A stretch of 64,000 bases of DNA from Blepharisma stoltei ATCC 30299 (taxonomy: Eukaryota; Protista; Ciliophora): assembly GCA_965603825.1 (NCBI GenBank), contig CBFDEM010000060.1:248001-312000 (forward strand), read 5' to 3'. The position numbers and the translations under genes are program-made. Of this stretch, positions 1-11,192 are shown one piece after another; the stretch's first letter is position 1, and every line of letters begins with the position of its first letter. The notes beneath the pieces were generated by a model, which saw only the letters and a list, made by a program, of their open reading frames with translations, was not told the origin of the DNA and made no database searches.

Positions 1-100
1 TTTTGCCAATCCCCCACTGTAAGAATCCCAGTCTATTAAGCTTGGCGAGTTGCTTTTATGTTTTAGAAATTTTTGAAACATTTTGATTTTACAAATTTAT

Positions 101-499
101 CTAATTATTTAAGATTCGGCTCATTAGATTTGCGTATTGGTTAACTTTCAGTCTTTTTTTAATTGAAAAATTATGCTCTCTTATGGGTTCGGTCATAGAA
201 AAGCCACCTGCAGTTGGAGGTCTTGAAAAAATTCTGCCTTTTAAGCTTTGTGGAGCACTTTGCCTTACTAATTCTTTGGCATTATGGTTTTTTACTACTA
301 TAAAGTTATTTTCAATAGAAAGCTTTGGCCTAGGCTCTATGTTAAAACATGGAATCTTCCTGAGTTTTTTTAAGGTAGGGAAGCTGAAATTTTGATCTCT
401 GATCAACCCTGGGGACAAAACACTTGACCTTAGTGAACAAAATATTTTGCTTTGTGGTAAAATTGGGCTTGATCTTTCGATTCTCTGGTGCAATTTCAT
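101..499 (-). CDS. hypothetical basic protein, 132 aa
   Basis: ATG-to-TAG ORF with AT-rich flanks; no recognised domain. Confidence 0.55.
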   Translation of the reverse strand: MKLHQRIERSSPILPQSKIFCSLRSSVLSPGLIRDQNFSFPTLKKLRKIPCFNIEPRPKLSIENNFIVVKNHNAKELVRQSAPQSLKGRIFSRPPTAGGFSMTEPIREHNFSIKKRLKVNQYANLMSRILNN

Positions 500-707
500 T
501 ATTATTTACTGATTATGAAATTCAGTCTACAAGATCTATCTGATCAAAATAAAAAGAAAATAAGAAATAAGTTTTAAAAGAAATCCTAAATTGTTTCCAT
601 AAATTAAAGCATTAAAATAATTCTTTGTTTTTAATTATAACTGCTTTATAAAAATACATTGTTTTATCGAATTAATATTAATCTAAAAATAAAGAATTTG
701 TTAAGCA

Positions 708-1031
708 TTAGTGGGTCTTTGCAATCTTGGCTTTAGATTTTGCTTTTGCGATAACTGATTGCTTATTCGATATTTTTGGCATATCATCAATAAGTAAAGT
801 ATCCAACGGGAGACTCTCGGGCAGCACAAAGTTCCTTATATTGTTCCCTCTAATTGTAAGATGGTCCATCAAAATTGGATTTTTCTTCTTAAGTGTGAGT
901 TTTACTGTTTTTAAGTGAGTATTCATATTGATATCCACCCCAATCACAGTCCCTTGCACAATAGTCCCATTTTTCAGCTCAATAATCACAGTCTCTCCTA
1001 CAAGTTTCATGAGGAATCGCACAAGCTTCAT
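708..1031 (-). CDS. SNRPD1: small nuclear ribonucleoprotein Sm D1
   Basis: [51 protein letters not shown] is the SmD1 signature. Confidence 0.95.
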   Translation of the reverse strand: MKLVRFLMKLVGETVIIELKNGTIVQGTVIGVDINMNTHLKTVKLTLKKKNPILMDHLTIRGNNIRNFVLPESLPLDTLLIDDMPKISNKQSVIAKAKSKAKIAKTH

Positions 1032-1076
1032 CTTTATTATAATTTAGCCTATTACCAATATTAGCCAATTCTTACT

Positions 1077-1412
1077 TTAAAATATTTGACAGGAGCAGCA
1101 CCATTTAGCGTCGCTGTGAGACTCAGGCTTTTCTATTGAAGTTTTGATTATGTGAACATGTATAGGTATAGGAACATCAGGACTTGGCGGAGAATAGTCT
1201 TTTAATTTCTGATTATCTTGCAGCTCTTTCCCCATACAAAAAAATCGCAAGCCGTCGATTTTTTCTCTAGAAATCTGGCCCTGAGGCCAGTGCTTTGCTA
1301 ATAAATCTTGCTTAACGCTTCTTATCTAAATATATTTTACAGTCAAGTCGTCAGTGAAAGAAGCTTCAAGTTTTTGAGAGGAATTAGGAAAGATAAAACA
1401 GACACTTGCCAT
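1077..1412 (-). CDS. membrane-anchored ubiquitin-fold protein (MUB/UBL3-like), 106 aa; absent from ORF track
   Basis: Read manually with intron 1326-1340 removed: MASVCFIFP..DLT/IRSVKQDLLAKHWP..LRFFCMGKELQDNQKL..PIHVH..WCCSCQIF*. Ubiquitin-like fold with C-terminal CAAX box. Confidence 0.85.
1326..1340 (-). other. 15-nt spliceosomal intron
   Basis: GTAAAATATATTTAG; contains an in-frame TAG, removal restores the ORF. Confidence 0.9.
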
Positions 1413-1452
1413 TTATGTATGAAATTATGATTTAATATATCTATGATAGGTA

Positions 1453-3075
1453 TTAATTATCCCAGCTATCCCAATTCTTATCAGATCCTTGAGGGTTCAA
1501 GCCTCTTGGCTGCACTTCTTGGTATTGAGGTCTTTGCTGCGGCTGGCTGTAATTTCAGCTGCTTCCTTGATTTCCCCATGCATTTTCAGACTTAGCTGGG
1601 TAGCTTTGATATTCGTTTCTCCGAGTTGGGGTATAGGAACCTTGAGAGTATTGTGGATTTGCCTTTGTTTGGGAATTTGAGTAGGGATCTTCGTATCTGT
1701 TTGATTGAGAGCTGTAGCCTGTCGACAGTTCAAGGTATTCTCTTGAGCGAGAGTTGTAAAGACCTCTTGGGGGATCATCTCGCTTTAGAGGATTATAGCC
1801 CTCATCTCGTCTAGGCTCAGTTTGATATTGAGACTGCTGTTCATACCTTGGAACTTCTTTTCTTTCTGGTTCCCGGTATCCGTATTCTTCTGGACGACCA
1901 TAGCTTCCTTGTTCTCTTGATCTGTCAAAATTACTTACAGGCTCTTGAGCTGTCTTTGGATTGTAGTAATCTCTATTATACCCTCGGTTTTCAGTTTGAT
2001 AATCAGCTGACCTTGGAGGATTATAGCTTGGATCACTTCTTTCATCCCCCCACTGTTTTGGAGTTGGTTTTCTTTGATATTGAGGTGGCTCAGCTGTTGG
2101 TTGCTGCCTATAATTATCTCTAGCGTAGTATTCATCTCTTTGTACTTTTCGAGGCTCATTTGTGCCAGAAAAATCGCTTTTTCTAGGCTGCACATCACTA
2201 ACTTCTCTTTTGATTTGACTAGGGTCTTCACGAATGCTAGAAGAATGCTTAAACTTCGGCGCTTCTTCGTTTGCTCGATATGGCTCAGGCTCTTCTCTAT
2301 AATTTGGATCTCTATTTGCAGTAGATCTCTTCTGATCACTATAATTATCCGTATAAGGATCTTCATTTCTACTTGGAGGCGGCATAGTTCTGAAATCGCT
2401 TTCTTTTGGAATGTTTACTGGGTTAGTTATATTAGGCTGAAAATCAACATCTCCTGGATGTGATGGAAACTCCTCTAACTTATTATAGCCACCTCTTGCA
2501 TTAGCTTTGCTTTGTCCTGGCTCTTGATAAGAATTTCTATATTGAGTAGATGCTCGAGAGTTATACTGATCACTTGGAGGTGGATTTGTATAGTATCTTT
2601 CATCTGGATATCCGGATGAATTGTATCTTCTGGGATATTCCTCAGCTGCACTTTGAGGTACACCTGAAGATATAGGCGGTCTTGGCCCTTCTGAAGGTAA
2701 AAGTACTGCCTTCAGTGCGACGCACCACAGCCTATGCATGTTTTGTGATTCAGAATACAAAACATAGACCCTAGCTCGCGTTTCTACAGTAAATGCAAAC
2801 TTTCAGTCGCAGGTTTGGGCTATTTGTGGGTTTGGGTCGACGCGTATAATATCTGTAACTGGATGAGATTGCTCAATTTTATTTGAGTTTTGTTTTCGTG
2901 AATAAGCAAAAGTTCCTTGATTCAAATCTAACACAAACCATCTCTTGTTAAACTTTTTGAAAATTCTGGCTTTTGCTTTTTGGCTTTTAAGCTTCTGGAG
3001 AAAGCTTTCCACTTTCATTGGTCCCTAAGTAAAGGATACTTTGTAATTTGGATCGATTTCCACTCTCCCTATCAT
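1453..3075 (-). CDS. PH-domain protein with long low-complexity (P/Q/Y/R-rich) C-terminus
   Basis: ORFs 2803-3018 and 1555-2760 join through TGA=Trp (CDwKFAF). Reading continues through the TGA at 1555 to ..DKNWDSWDN-TAA. First exon from ATG 3075, intron 3025-3039. PH motifs KRWFVL and MHRLW. Confidence 0.85.
3025..3039 (-). other. 15-nt intron
   Basis: GTATCCTTTACTTAG, in-frame TAG. Confidence 0.85.
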
Positions 3076-4025
3076 TTGCTTAATAATTCAAATTAATGAA
3101 ATGTAAATTTTGGAGATAAAAAAATAGCAATTTTTTAAAGCAGTTGCGATTTATATATGCGAATAGATTAGTACCATATTAAAATATTTCAAATAATCCT
3201 TAAAAAGATGCAACGTAAGATATCTCAAGGATTCATTATAAAAGCTTATCCTCAACGCTACATAATTTAAGTGGACTTTTGAAATACCCAATGCTATTAG
3301 AATTCTCAGGAATCAAATTTTTGCAAAGAATAGCCTACAGAATTCAAATTTCCGGAAATTCTTATGAGGAGTAGTTTGGCAAAAGAAATGAGAATTTGTG
3401 CAAATATATGACTGAGAAAAAGATTATTAAGCTACTGAAGGGTTATTAAAAGATGAAACAAAGAAGATGTAGAAACACAGAAAGGATTTTAAAAACGTAA
3501 TAAATCCACATATTAGGTAATTGAAAGCATTCTTTAAGTCTGGATTGAGCTACCTAATGATAGAAAAATTAAAAAACGTTTAAATTATTGAGCAGTCTGA
3601 ATCAAATTTATTAATTGCTCCTACAGAACTGGAAAGTGATTTGGATGCAGAAAAAAAATGATAGTGAAGAGCAAGCATAAGCAATAAAAAATAAATAATC
3701 AGTAATCTTATATTATTTCTTTTGTAGGCGCAAAATTAAAAGAACTCAAACTTACTTTAATTATTCAACATAGAAAATTTTTTATATTTTTTAATGTCCA
3801 AATATAAAAAAAAAGGCATTAAATCTACAATTTGAATTTTTTATTTAAATGTGTGATTAGCTTTACCAGAACTGCAAATTTCTATTTACTGAATTTTTCA
3901 ATTATGATTTATTGTATTTAAATGGCATTATATAATAAAGCATAAGATTGCAGATTAAAATGGATTTAAATGTAAGTTACAGGTAATCCATGAATAATTA
4001 AAAATAATTTTTGAATTAAACGAAA

Positions 4026-4928
4026 ATGGGATCATGCGCAATAAGCAAACAAAAGCAAGTGGTTCCTATTTCTACAGAATTTGAGCCCATCTACGAAGAT
4101 ATAATAAAAGTCGATGTATCCACATTAGTGAAACCTGAAGATTTAAATCTGCCAAGTCGCAGACGATTTTCATCCAATGTTTCAGATAAGTTAAGCTATA
4201 AGGAAGATTCTAGTAAAGTAAGCTCACGTCCAAGATTTGTCCCTCTGCTCGATATAAAGAAATTATTTCCTCAAAATCAACTGAGCTCTGAGCAAATTGA
4301 CTTAAAAAAGCAAGCTTGAAACTTGTCTAAGCAAAAAGGGGACAGAAATCTCTTACAGAATGCGTCAAAAGATAATTCTTTTTCCTCATCTGAAAACTCA
4401 TCTACAAAAACTCAATCAAGTAAATCACGAAATCTTATTGAGTTGATAAAGAATACGAAATCGACAACTCAATCTTCAGATGAAAAGAACAGTAGCAGAA
4501 TGGATGCGTCTCAAGCAATCCTAGAAAACAGCTGGATTGAAACCTCGTTGCCTGAAAAAGAAACGAAAATCGAAGTAAAAAAACTTTTTTCACCAGAAAG
4601 AAAACTGCTCTCTTTTCCTAGTCTGAATTATCAATCGAGAAGTAATCATCGAATACAATTAATTTCACAACAAGACTGCATTGTAGCAGAAGAAAGTGAA
4701 TTTATTTCAGACACAAGTGACGAATCGCCAATAAGACCTGATTTACAAACTCCAGGAAGCTCTTTAAGTATGGAATTTCCAAATAATAAATTTAGGAAAA
4801 CTTTTTCCAGAATTTCCACAATGAAGCTTGAATCGGACCAGTCACCTATCAATTCTAATATAAATGAGCTTAGACTTACAGAAGAAAGCATTGAAAGAAC
4901 CAAATGAAATCTACTTGCATCCCTATAA
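4026..4928 (+). CDS. hypothetical Ser-rich protein with N-terminal MGSC acylation motif
   Basis: Two track ORFs are one frame joined by TGA 4317; TGA 4905 read through to TAA 4926-4928. Confidence 0.75.
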
Positions 4929-5006
4929 GATATTTTTATAAAGAAATACCATTTTAGGAGAATATGCATGAAATTTTGATAGAATATCTAATAAGTATAA
5001 TCAATT

Positions 5007-5615
5007 TTAGCAGCATTTGCCTCCATCCTTTTTTTTTGTAGGGCTCAAAGACTTATCGAGGACAACTGTGTTTCGTTTTGGCGTGCTTTGAGGAGCGCTT
5101 ACATCTGGAAGTACCTTTGCAGCTATATCTCTGAACATTTGCTCAACTCCATAGTTTGTTTTTGCTGATGTCTTCCGATATATTGCTCCGATAGAACTTG
5201 CGAACTCCTTAGCTTCTTCTGGAGGAACAGCTTCAGTTTCGACTAAATCTTCTTTATTTCCAGCAATATTAATAACGATATCTTTTGGTCCGAACTCTTG
5301 CAATTCTCGATAATACCTTTTAAGCCCTTCAAAGCTTTCACGCTTGGTAATATCGTAAGTAATGATTGCAGCTTGTGCATCTCTATAGTACATTTTGGCT
5401 AAGCTATGATACCTTTCTTGGCCTGCTGTATCCCAGATGTTGAATTTAATCGTCTTATCATTAAATTGTAAACTTTTGCCCATGTATGAAGCACCAACTG
5501 TTGAATCGCTATCAATTTTAAAATTATCAGCAACAAATCTCAAGACAAGACTGGACTTTCCAACACCTGAATCACCAAGAAGAACGACTTTAATTTGAGC
5601 TTGGCCACTTTGCAT
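5007..5615 (-). CDS. Rab5/Rab22-like small GTPase
   Basis: GDSGVGKS, TVGASY, WDTAGQERYHSLA..YYR, GNKED, TSAK; C-terminal CC prenylation site. Confidence 0.92.
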   Translation of the reverse strand: MQSGQAQIKVVLLGDSGVGKSSLVLRFVADNFKIDSDSTVGASYMGKSLQFNDKTIKFNIWDTAGQERYHSLAKMYYRDAQAAIITYDITKRESFEGLKRYYRELQEFGPKDIVINIAGNKEDLVETEAVPPEEAKEFASSIGAIYRKTSAKTNYGVEQMFRDIAAKVLPDVSAPQSTPKRNTVVLDKSLSPTKKKDGGKCC

Positions 5616-5843
5616 TTTATAGGAAATGGATAATGATTAGTAACTATTTGAATAGCCTTTTTTTATAAAATCAACTTGGTGATATTCTTAAATTTATAAA
5701 TATTGAAACTTAGTAGGCAAGTGACACAAACTAATTTTTGCAAATTTAAAATTTAGACTTTCGCATAATGCTCGATAACCTAACTGTACGCAACGATGAT
5801 TGTAGCACAATTATTAAAGATATTGGAAACTTATATCTGATTA

Positions 5844-6032
5844 TTATTTATTTTTTCTCATACTGTTGTATTGTTCGATAATTTTCTTTTCCATCTCTTC
5901 AATTTGTTCAAGAGTCATCGATTTTATAGGCATTATTTTTGGTTTACACATAACACCAGTAAGCATGCCTCTTTCAGAAAAGACCAAACCTGCCTTTGGA
6001 GCGACTTCTTGGATTTTCTCTTGCTGGTCCAT
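5844..6032 (-). CDS. BBIP1: BBSome-interacting protein 1 (BBIP10/BBS18)
   Basis: EVAPKAGLVFSE..VMCKPKIMPIKSMTLEQIEEM matches the BBIP1 pattern EVLPK.G....LCKPK..PLKS.TLEKLE.M. Confidence 0.85.
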   Translation of the reverse strand: MDQQEKIQEVAPKAGLVFSERGMLTGVMCKPKIMPIKSMTLEQIEEMEKKIIEQYNSMRKNK

Positions 6033-6301
6033 TTATAGGTAATTAAAAATTTATAAAAGAAATGCATTTTACATTGATATTGCAACTCTATGAAAGACAG
6101 AAATTTTATTACTGAAATAATTATATAATTAATATACAGATGTTTGCAGTCGGTAGGGACCCCTTTTTGTGAGAAAATGCTCACAAAAACAGTTTTTTGA
6201 CTAAACAATGTATCAAAAAGAAAATTATAAGTGCTGAAATATAGATAAAATTAATAATTGCTCTGTCTACTAATCATATTAATTTAAATATTTAGTGAGC
6301 T

Positions 6302-7210
6302 ATGGGAAATCGAGCTTGCAATGAATGTGCCAATGACAATTATGAAGAGACTTTGAGAAACAATATTCAATTTGAGCCCAAGAATGAGATGCAAATGTAT
6401 GATGAAATTTTCGAGATGAATTTTGATATGGAAATAGACTCTGTTGCTGAGGAAAATGTATGTGCAAATCATATCCCAGTTCAAAATCTAGAAATCACTC
6501 CAATCAATAATGAGTATTTGCTTCATACAAGCCCATTAAACACTCAGAGAAGCAAAGTTTCTGTTAGAAGCAATCGTAGCAACAAGGCAAATCCTCAAAA
6601 TTTTGAATTTGACCCAAATCTTAAAGAAATGCAAGGCGAACTTTTTCGAGTTAAGCCCTTGCCTAAAGAGCTCTACATTTCTCGGTGGTGCACTCTAACC
6701 TCTTTCTCATTTTCCTATCACAAATCCCAATATTCCTCTTTATTTGAAGAACGTCCATTGCTAGAAATTCCTACAAGTTCTATTTCTCACATTTCAGCTT
6801 TTAGAGATCAGAAGTTTTATTTCGAAATCCATACAAATGATTTCAATTATTTTAATTCTTCAAATCTTTTAACAGCTCGCACAAATAATTTATTTGAACA
6901 AGCTGCTATGGATGCATCAAATTCAATGAATAAGTCTCATCTAATGCAAAGGCCGAGATATCTCACACCAGTTTCACCGAAACAATCATCATCCTTGGTT
7001 AAGACTATTTTAATCCCTGTAGTTCCTAAGAATTTTAAGAAGAATGGACAGTCTGTAAGAAAAATGAAAAATGCATGGACAAATAGAGAAAATCAAATGT
7101 ATTTGTGTGAAGAAAGACTACTATTTGCGATAGATGAGGAATATGAATGAAAGAAGTGGCTTTATGCTTTCACTAAAATTATGAAAGTGAGTGTAAAGGA
7201 TCATAATTAA
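6302..7210 (+). CDS. PH-like domain protein with N-terminal MGN myristoylation-type motif
   Basis: MQGELF..SRWCTL..FSYHK..FYFEI and a C-terminal helix EYEwKKWLYAF, reached by reading TGA 7148 as Trp; ends TAA 7208-7210. Confidence 0.75.
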
Positions 7211-7212
7211 AT

Positions 7213-8148
7213 CTAATTAATCGTTTCATCTTTAGTAGGTAAAATAAATTTGCCTTGGCCTTGCTGCTTCCCGTGCACCCAGTTCCCTATGAATTTTCTG
7301 CCATCAGCTAGTGTGAGAATTCCTTCCCCATGCTTTTTGTCTTGAAAATAATATCCCGTGAACCTTTTTCCATCAGGCCAGTCAAAAGTCCCAGGTCCAT
7401 GCATTTTATTATTCACCCACGCTCCATTATACATTCTTCCATCAGTCCAACAATAGATCCCTTTCCCCTCAATGTTATTGTCCACAAAATGGCCTTTATA
7501 CCATGACCCATCAACTCAATGGAATTCTCCATATCCATGTTTTCTTCCTTCGAAATATTGCCCCTCATAAGTTGCGCCATCATTTCAAATTTCTTTGCCT
7601 TGTCCTTGCTGTTTTTCATTTACTCATTCCCCTACATACTGTGCTCCATCATAGTGAATGAATTTTCCTTTTCCATGCACTTTTCCTTCATTTCATTCTC
7701 CTTCATATAAATCTCCATTCGGATGAATATATCTCCCATGTAGGTGCTCGTTACCATTATACCAATAACCGATATATTTCGAGCCATTTGGACAGATTTG
7801 CATACCTTTGCCGTGACGTTTATTATTAAACCACTCTCCGAGGTAGACTTCTCCGGTTTCCAATTTTATGGGCTTTTTGTTGTAATCTCCAGATATGGAG
7901 GATTCAGGATATTTATAAGGTGGCATCCTTTTCTCTGCAAGTTTGCATTGGGGCGTTTCTCATTTGGGAAAAAAGATTGGGCTGTATTGAGATCGAATTT
8001 TATAGCCTCTTCAGGCTGATTGGATTTTTATTACACTTTGTAAAGTGGACTTCGTGCGATTGTTTTTCTTTATTGATTGCTTTTTATCAAGCTCAACTTC
8101 AGCGTTTATTTGAGGTTTTGGAGCTAAGCAGGATATATTAGGACCCAT
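7213..8148 (-). CDS. IQ-motif + MORN-repeat protein, 311 aa
   Basis: IKIQSAwRGYKIR (TGA 8011-8013), then MORN repeats YLGEW, YIGYW, YEGEw, YVGEw. One continuous frame when TGA=Trp. Confidence 0.92.
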
Positions 8149-8263
8149 TTACTATAGTTATCATTATTTAATCTGTGAACAAAATAGATTAATTTAAATC
8201 CTAAATTAATTTTGAGCAAGAAAATATTGAACTGAGTATTAATTAACTATAAAGTTTATAAAG

Positions 8264-9022
8264 TTAATCATCTGCATTTTTGACTGTAAGATCTAAAACT
8301 TTTTTGACTAGTTTTCCAATTCCTTCGTAAACTTCATGTGGCTTTGCAGTAGATTTCATATATGCTGGAGTGCTCACAATTAAAGCACTTGAATCAACCA
8401 TTATTTCATCAACGTCCTTGTCAACCAATTTATTTCCGAAACTATCAGCAACTTCTATGCTTCCAGAAAAAGGCCATGTTTCGTCCTTTCTTCTTTTTCC
8501 TAAAGTGAGCTCAATTCCAGGCTTTTTATTTTTGGTTCCAAGAATTTTTGCACAAATTATTGGTGAGATGCAGGTAAAACCCATAGGCTTATTGAGCTGG
8601 AAAAAGCCAAGTATAGCCTGAGTCAAATCGGGGTCTACAGTCATATTAGCACCCTGAGTAGCGAAAGTGCTCAGGTTTTTAGCTGCACCAAATCCACCAG
8701 GAAGGATGAGTGCATCAAAATTAGCTGGTCTTAAAGAAGATAATGCAAGCACGTTCCCTCTAGCAATTCTTGCGCTTTCTTGTAAAACATTTCTTTGCTG
8801 ATTTTGCACCTCTTCTCCGCTCAGGTGATTGACAATGTGAAATTGAGGCTTATCGGGAGCAAAACATTGATATTCAGCACCGTTCTTAGATAAATTTGCA
8901 AGAACTGCAACTGATTCTGTGATTTCACTACATAAGCTTTACGATCCATCGTAGACTCCACATCCTGATAAGACAACAGCAACCTTCTTTGTAGAAAATC
9001 CTCGATACAATCTGGATATCAT
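8264..9022 (-). CDS. GATD3: ES1/ElbB/GATD3-family (DJ-1/PfpI) glyoxalase-like protein, probably mitochondrial
   Basis: KKVAVVLSGCGVYDGS/EITE..PGGFGAAKNLS..CISP..STPAYM; intron 8928-8942. Confidence 0.9.
8928..8942 (-). other. 15-nt intron
   Basis: GTAAAGCTTATGTAG splitting the conserved DGSE motif. Confidence 0.92.
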
Positions 9023-9284
9023 ATTCTCTTTAATAAATATAAATTATCCACAAATCAATAAATCTGATCATAGCTTAAAAGATAAAGGTAGACCATATAT
9101 TGGCTATTTAAAATTATGATATGGTATTATTATAATAATATGGATTTATTAAAAATAATTAATTTTTATGATGAATATTGCGGGTTTTATGAGAAACTGG
9201 GTTTCAGAAATTCAATATAAGGTAGCCCAATTTCATAAATTTGCTCAAAAATAAAATATCTATTTATATTCAAATATAATTTAA

Positions 9285-9911
9285 TTATTTTTTAGATATC
9301 AAACAGCTGAACTCTCTATATAGATCATCATTTTCATCTCCAAAAATTTCTCTGACTTCAGCTAGTGCATTTTCTTTCGTAACAATCTTATCATTCAACA
9401 TTTTTACGCAGGACAAGAACCTTGTAAAAACTTCATAAGAAAGTCTTGCTCTTGCATCAGAAAAAAATTTTTTGCCATCCGTATATTTTCCTTCAGAAGC
9501 GCCTAGTTTTGATGGAGGAAATAGTGAAGTGGTAGGGATTTTGGTTAAGGATGATGATACCGGAGAAGTTGCAAGTGTTCGTGGACTTATCATAATATTA
9601 GGTGTCTCTGAATCACTTTCTCTAAGTGTGTTCAAGAGATTTGCTTTAAATGCCGCAAGCTTTTGGTTTTTAGTTTCAAGCTCTTGGATTTCATTTTCTA
9701 AACTTCTATTTTCTTCATCAATCATAGAAAACCTTATTTTAGCTTCGTCTAAACTATGTTTAAGTTTTGAAATTTGTTCTCTCAGATCATTCAGCTCAAT
9801 TTCTCTTTCTTCTTTCAATTCATTTTCTCTTTTACTTCAGGAATCGTCCAATAGTTTTAAAGAATAATCTCGATCATCTATTTGAATTTTACCTTCTGCA
9901 CAAGTTTTCAT
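9285..9911 (-). CDS. coiled-coil protein with At4g15545-like C-terminal helical domain
   Basis: DGKKFFSDARARLSYEVF..FL..VK.LN..EIFG..N.DLY..F; ATG 9911 in frame through one TGA. Confidence 0.75.
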
Positions 9912-10023
9912 GTTTATATATTATTCGAATATGAAAGACTTTTAATGAAAAATTGCAATTAAGAACTAATAGAAAAATGTTTATTATTTTCACACAATTG
10001 AACCTTAACTGATAATTAATTTG

Positions 10024-10473
10024 TTAAGATCCATACATGTCTTCATCATTATAGAATTGAGACTGAGTTTTGAAGCTTTCTCTCTGGGCAGATCTTCTCG
10101 ATACTGCAGATATTGCCACACCTAATGCAGCTGAAACAAATAATAGAACCCCAGTTGCAAATCCATATTCGCCCATCTCATATCCAAAGCAAAAGCTTGC
10201 TAAAACAGCCATAAATAGAGACTTTCCTAATTGGCTCTCAATAAAAGGGAAAAATCTAGCAATGTAATTCCCAGATATATAAGGAGATACCTCTGCACAG
10301 ATGATTATTAAGGAAAACAGCCTGCTTAGTTATTACATCAAATAAATGCAAACCAAAATTGATGTGTATCCTACTTCTCCTGCTATTGTCGTGGCTCCAA
10401 GAACAAAGCTTATGATTGCTGTAGCTATTGTAAAAAGTTTGATGCCTAGAGAAGCATAATTTAATAAGCCCAT
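10024..10473 (-). CDS. small multi-TM Golgi protein, COPI-associated/TVP15-like
   Basis: IYLM/LFSLIIICAE..FFPFIESQLGKSLFM..; about 4 TM segments; intron 10322-10336. Confidence 0.7.
10322..10336 (-). other. 15-nt intron
   Basis: GTAATAACTAAGCAG, in-frame TAA. Confidence 0.85.
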
Positions 10474-10958
10474 GATGTATTTATTAAATTAAGATCTATT
10501 TATAAAGATAATCAAAAAAGCAATAAGGGTATGCTAGTGGTAATCAGAAATATTTAAAGCGACTATTAGTATTTAAAATCTAATTGATTAATTTCTTATA
10601 TTTTCATAATCATACAGATAAAACAGTTGAGCACTACTATCATGAATAATGTGGTGTTCAGAGGATCCGAACTTTATCTTTTAGAAAATATTTTTATTGG
10701 ATATTATTTCTATATGAAAGCCATATGCTGTTAAAGGTAGCATCAATAAGCCAGCCTTATGCCATAAGTGTTTAGAAGAATTGAAGCTATTAAAGATAAG
10801 CTTAAAACGATATATCAGGCTAAAAAAAGAGTAAATAAGGACCTCGCTTTGATTCTTTGATTGTGTAAAACCATGCAAAGAATAGAGGTTTCTTCATAAG
10901 TAAGCTTTACCAATGAGTAACCTCGAAGAAAAAACGATTCGGAAACTTGGATTTAAAC

Positions 10959-11192
10959 TTAAGCTAAAACGTTATTTATAAGCAGTTTATTAGAATCAAT
11001 CATTGTACCGAGGATTTCTTCAGGATCTCAGGAAGCACAAGAAGGTTTCGCAATTAGATATTGAGTTGTATTGTGAGGCGCCTTTGGAGGGAATCGCTGA
11101 CATCGGATAAACTGACCTTTCAGCTTGGAGTATTGGCGTAATTTGCAAGTTTTTTTGTAAGAGGCTTGACTTGGAGATAGATAAGTTTTCAT
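10959..11192 (-). CDS. 77-aa microprotein with HEXIM-like APHNTTQYL motif
   Basis: MKTYLS..basic..PPKAPHNTTQYLIAK..SwDPEEILGTMID..VLA-TAA, with TGA 11028 read as Trp. Confidence 0.6.

Noticed and set aside
3200-3700. Purine-rich, coding-like stretch on + strand
   Set aside because: TAA/TAG stops in the frames I read and no recognisable homology; at most an unidentifiable decayed gene
7693-8013. In-frame TGA as selenocysteine or pseudogene stops
   Set aside because: They fall at conserved Trp, not Cys, positions in many unrelated intact genes
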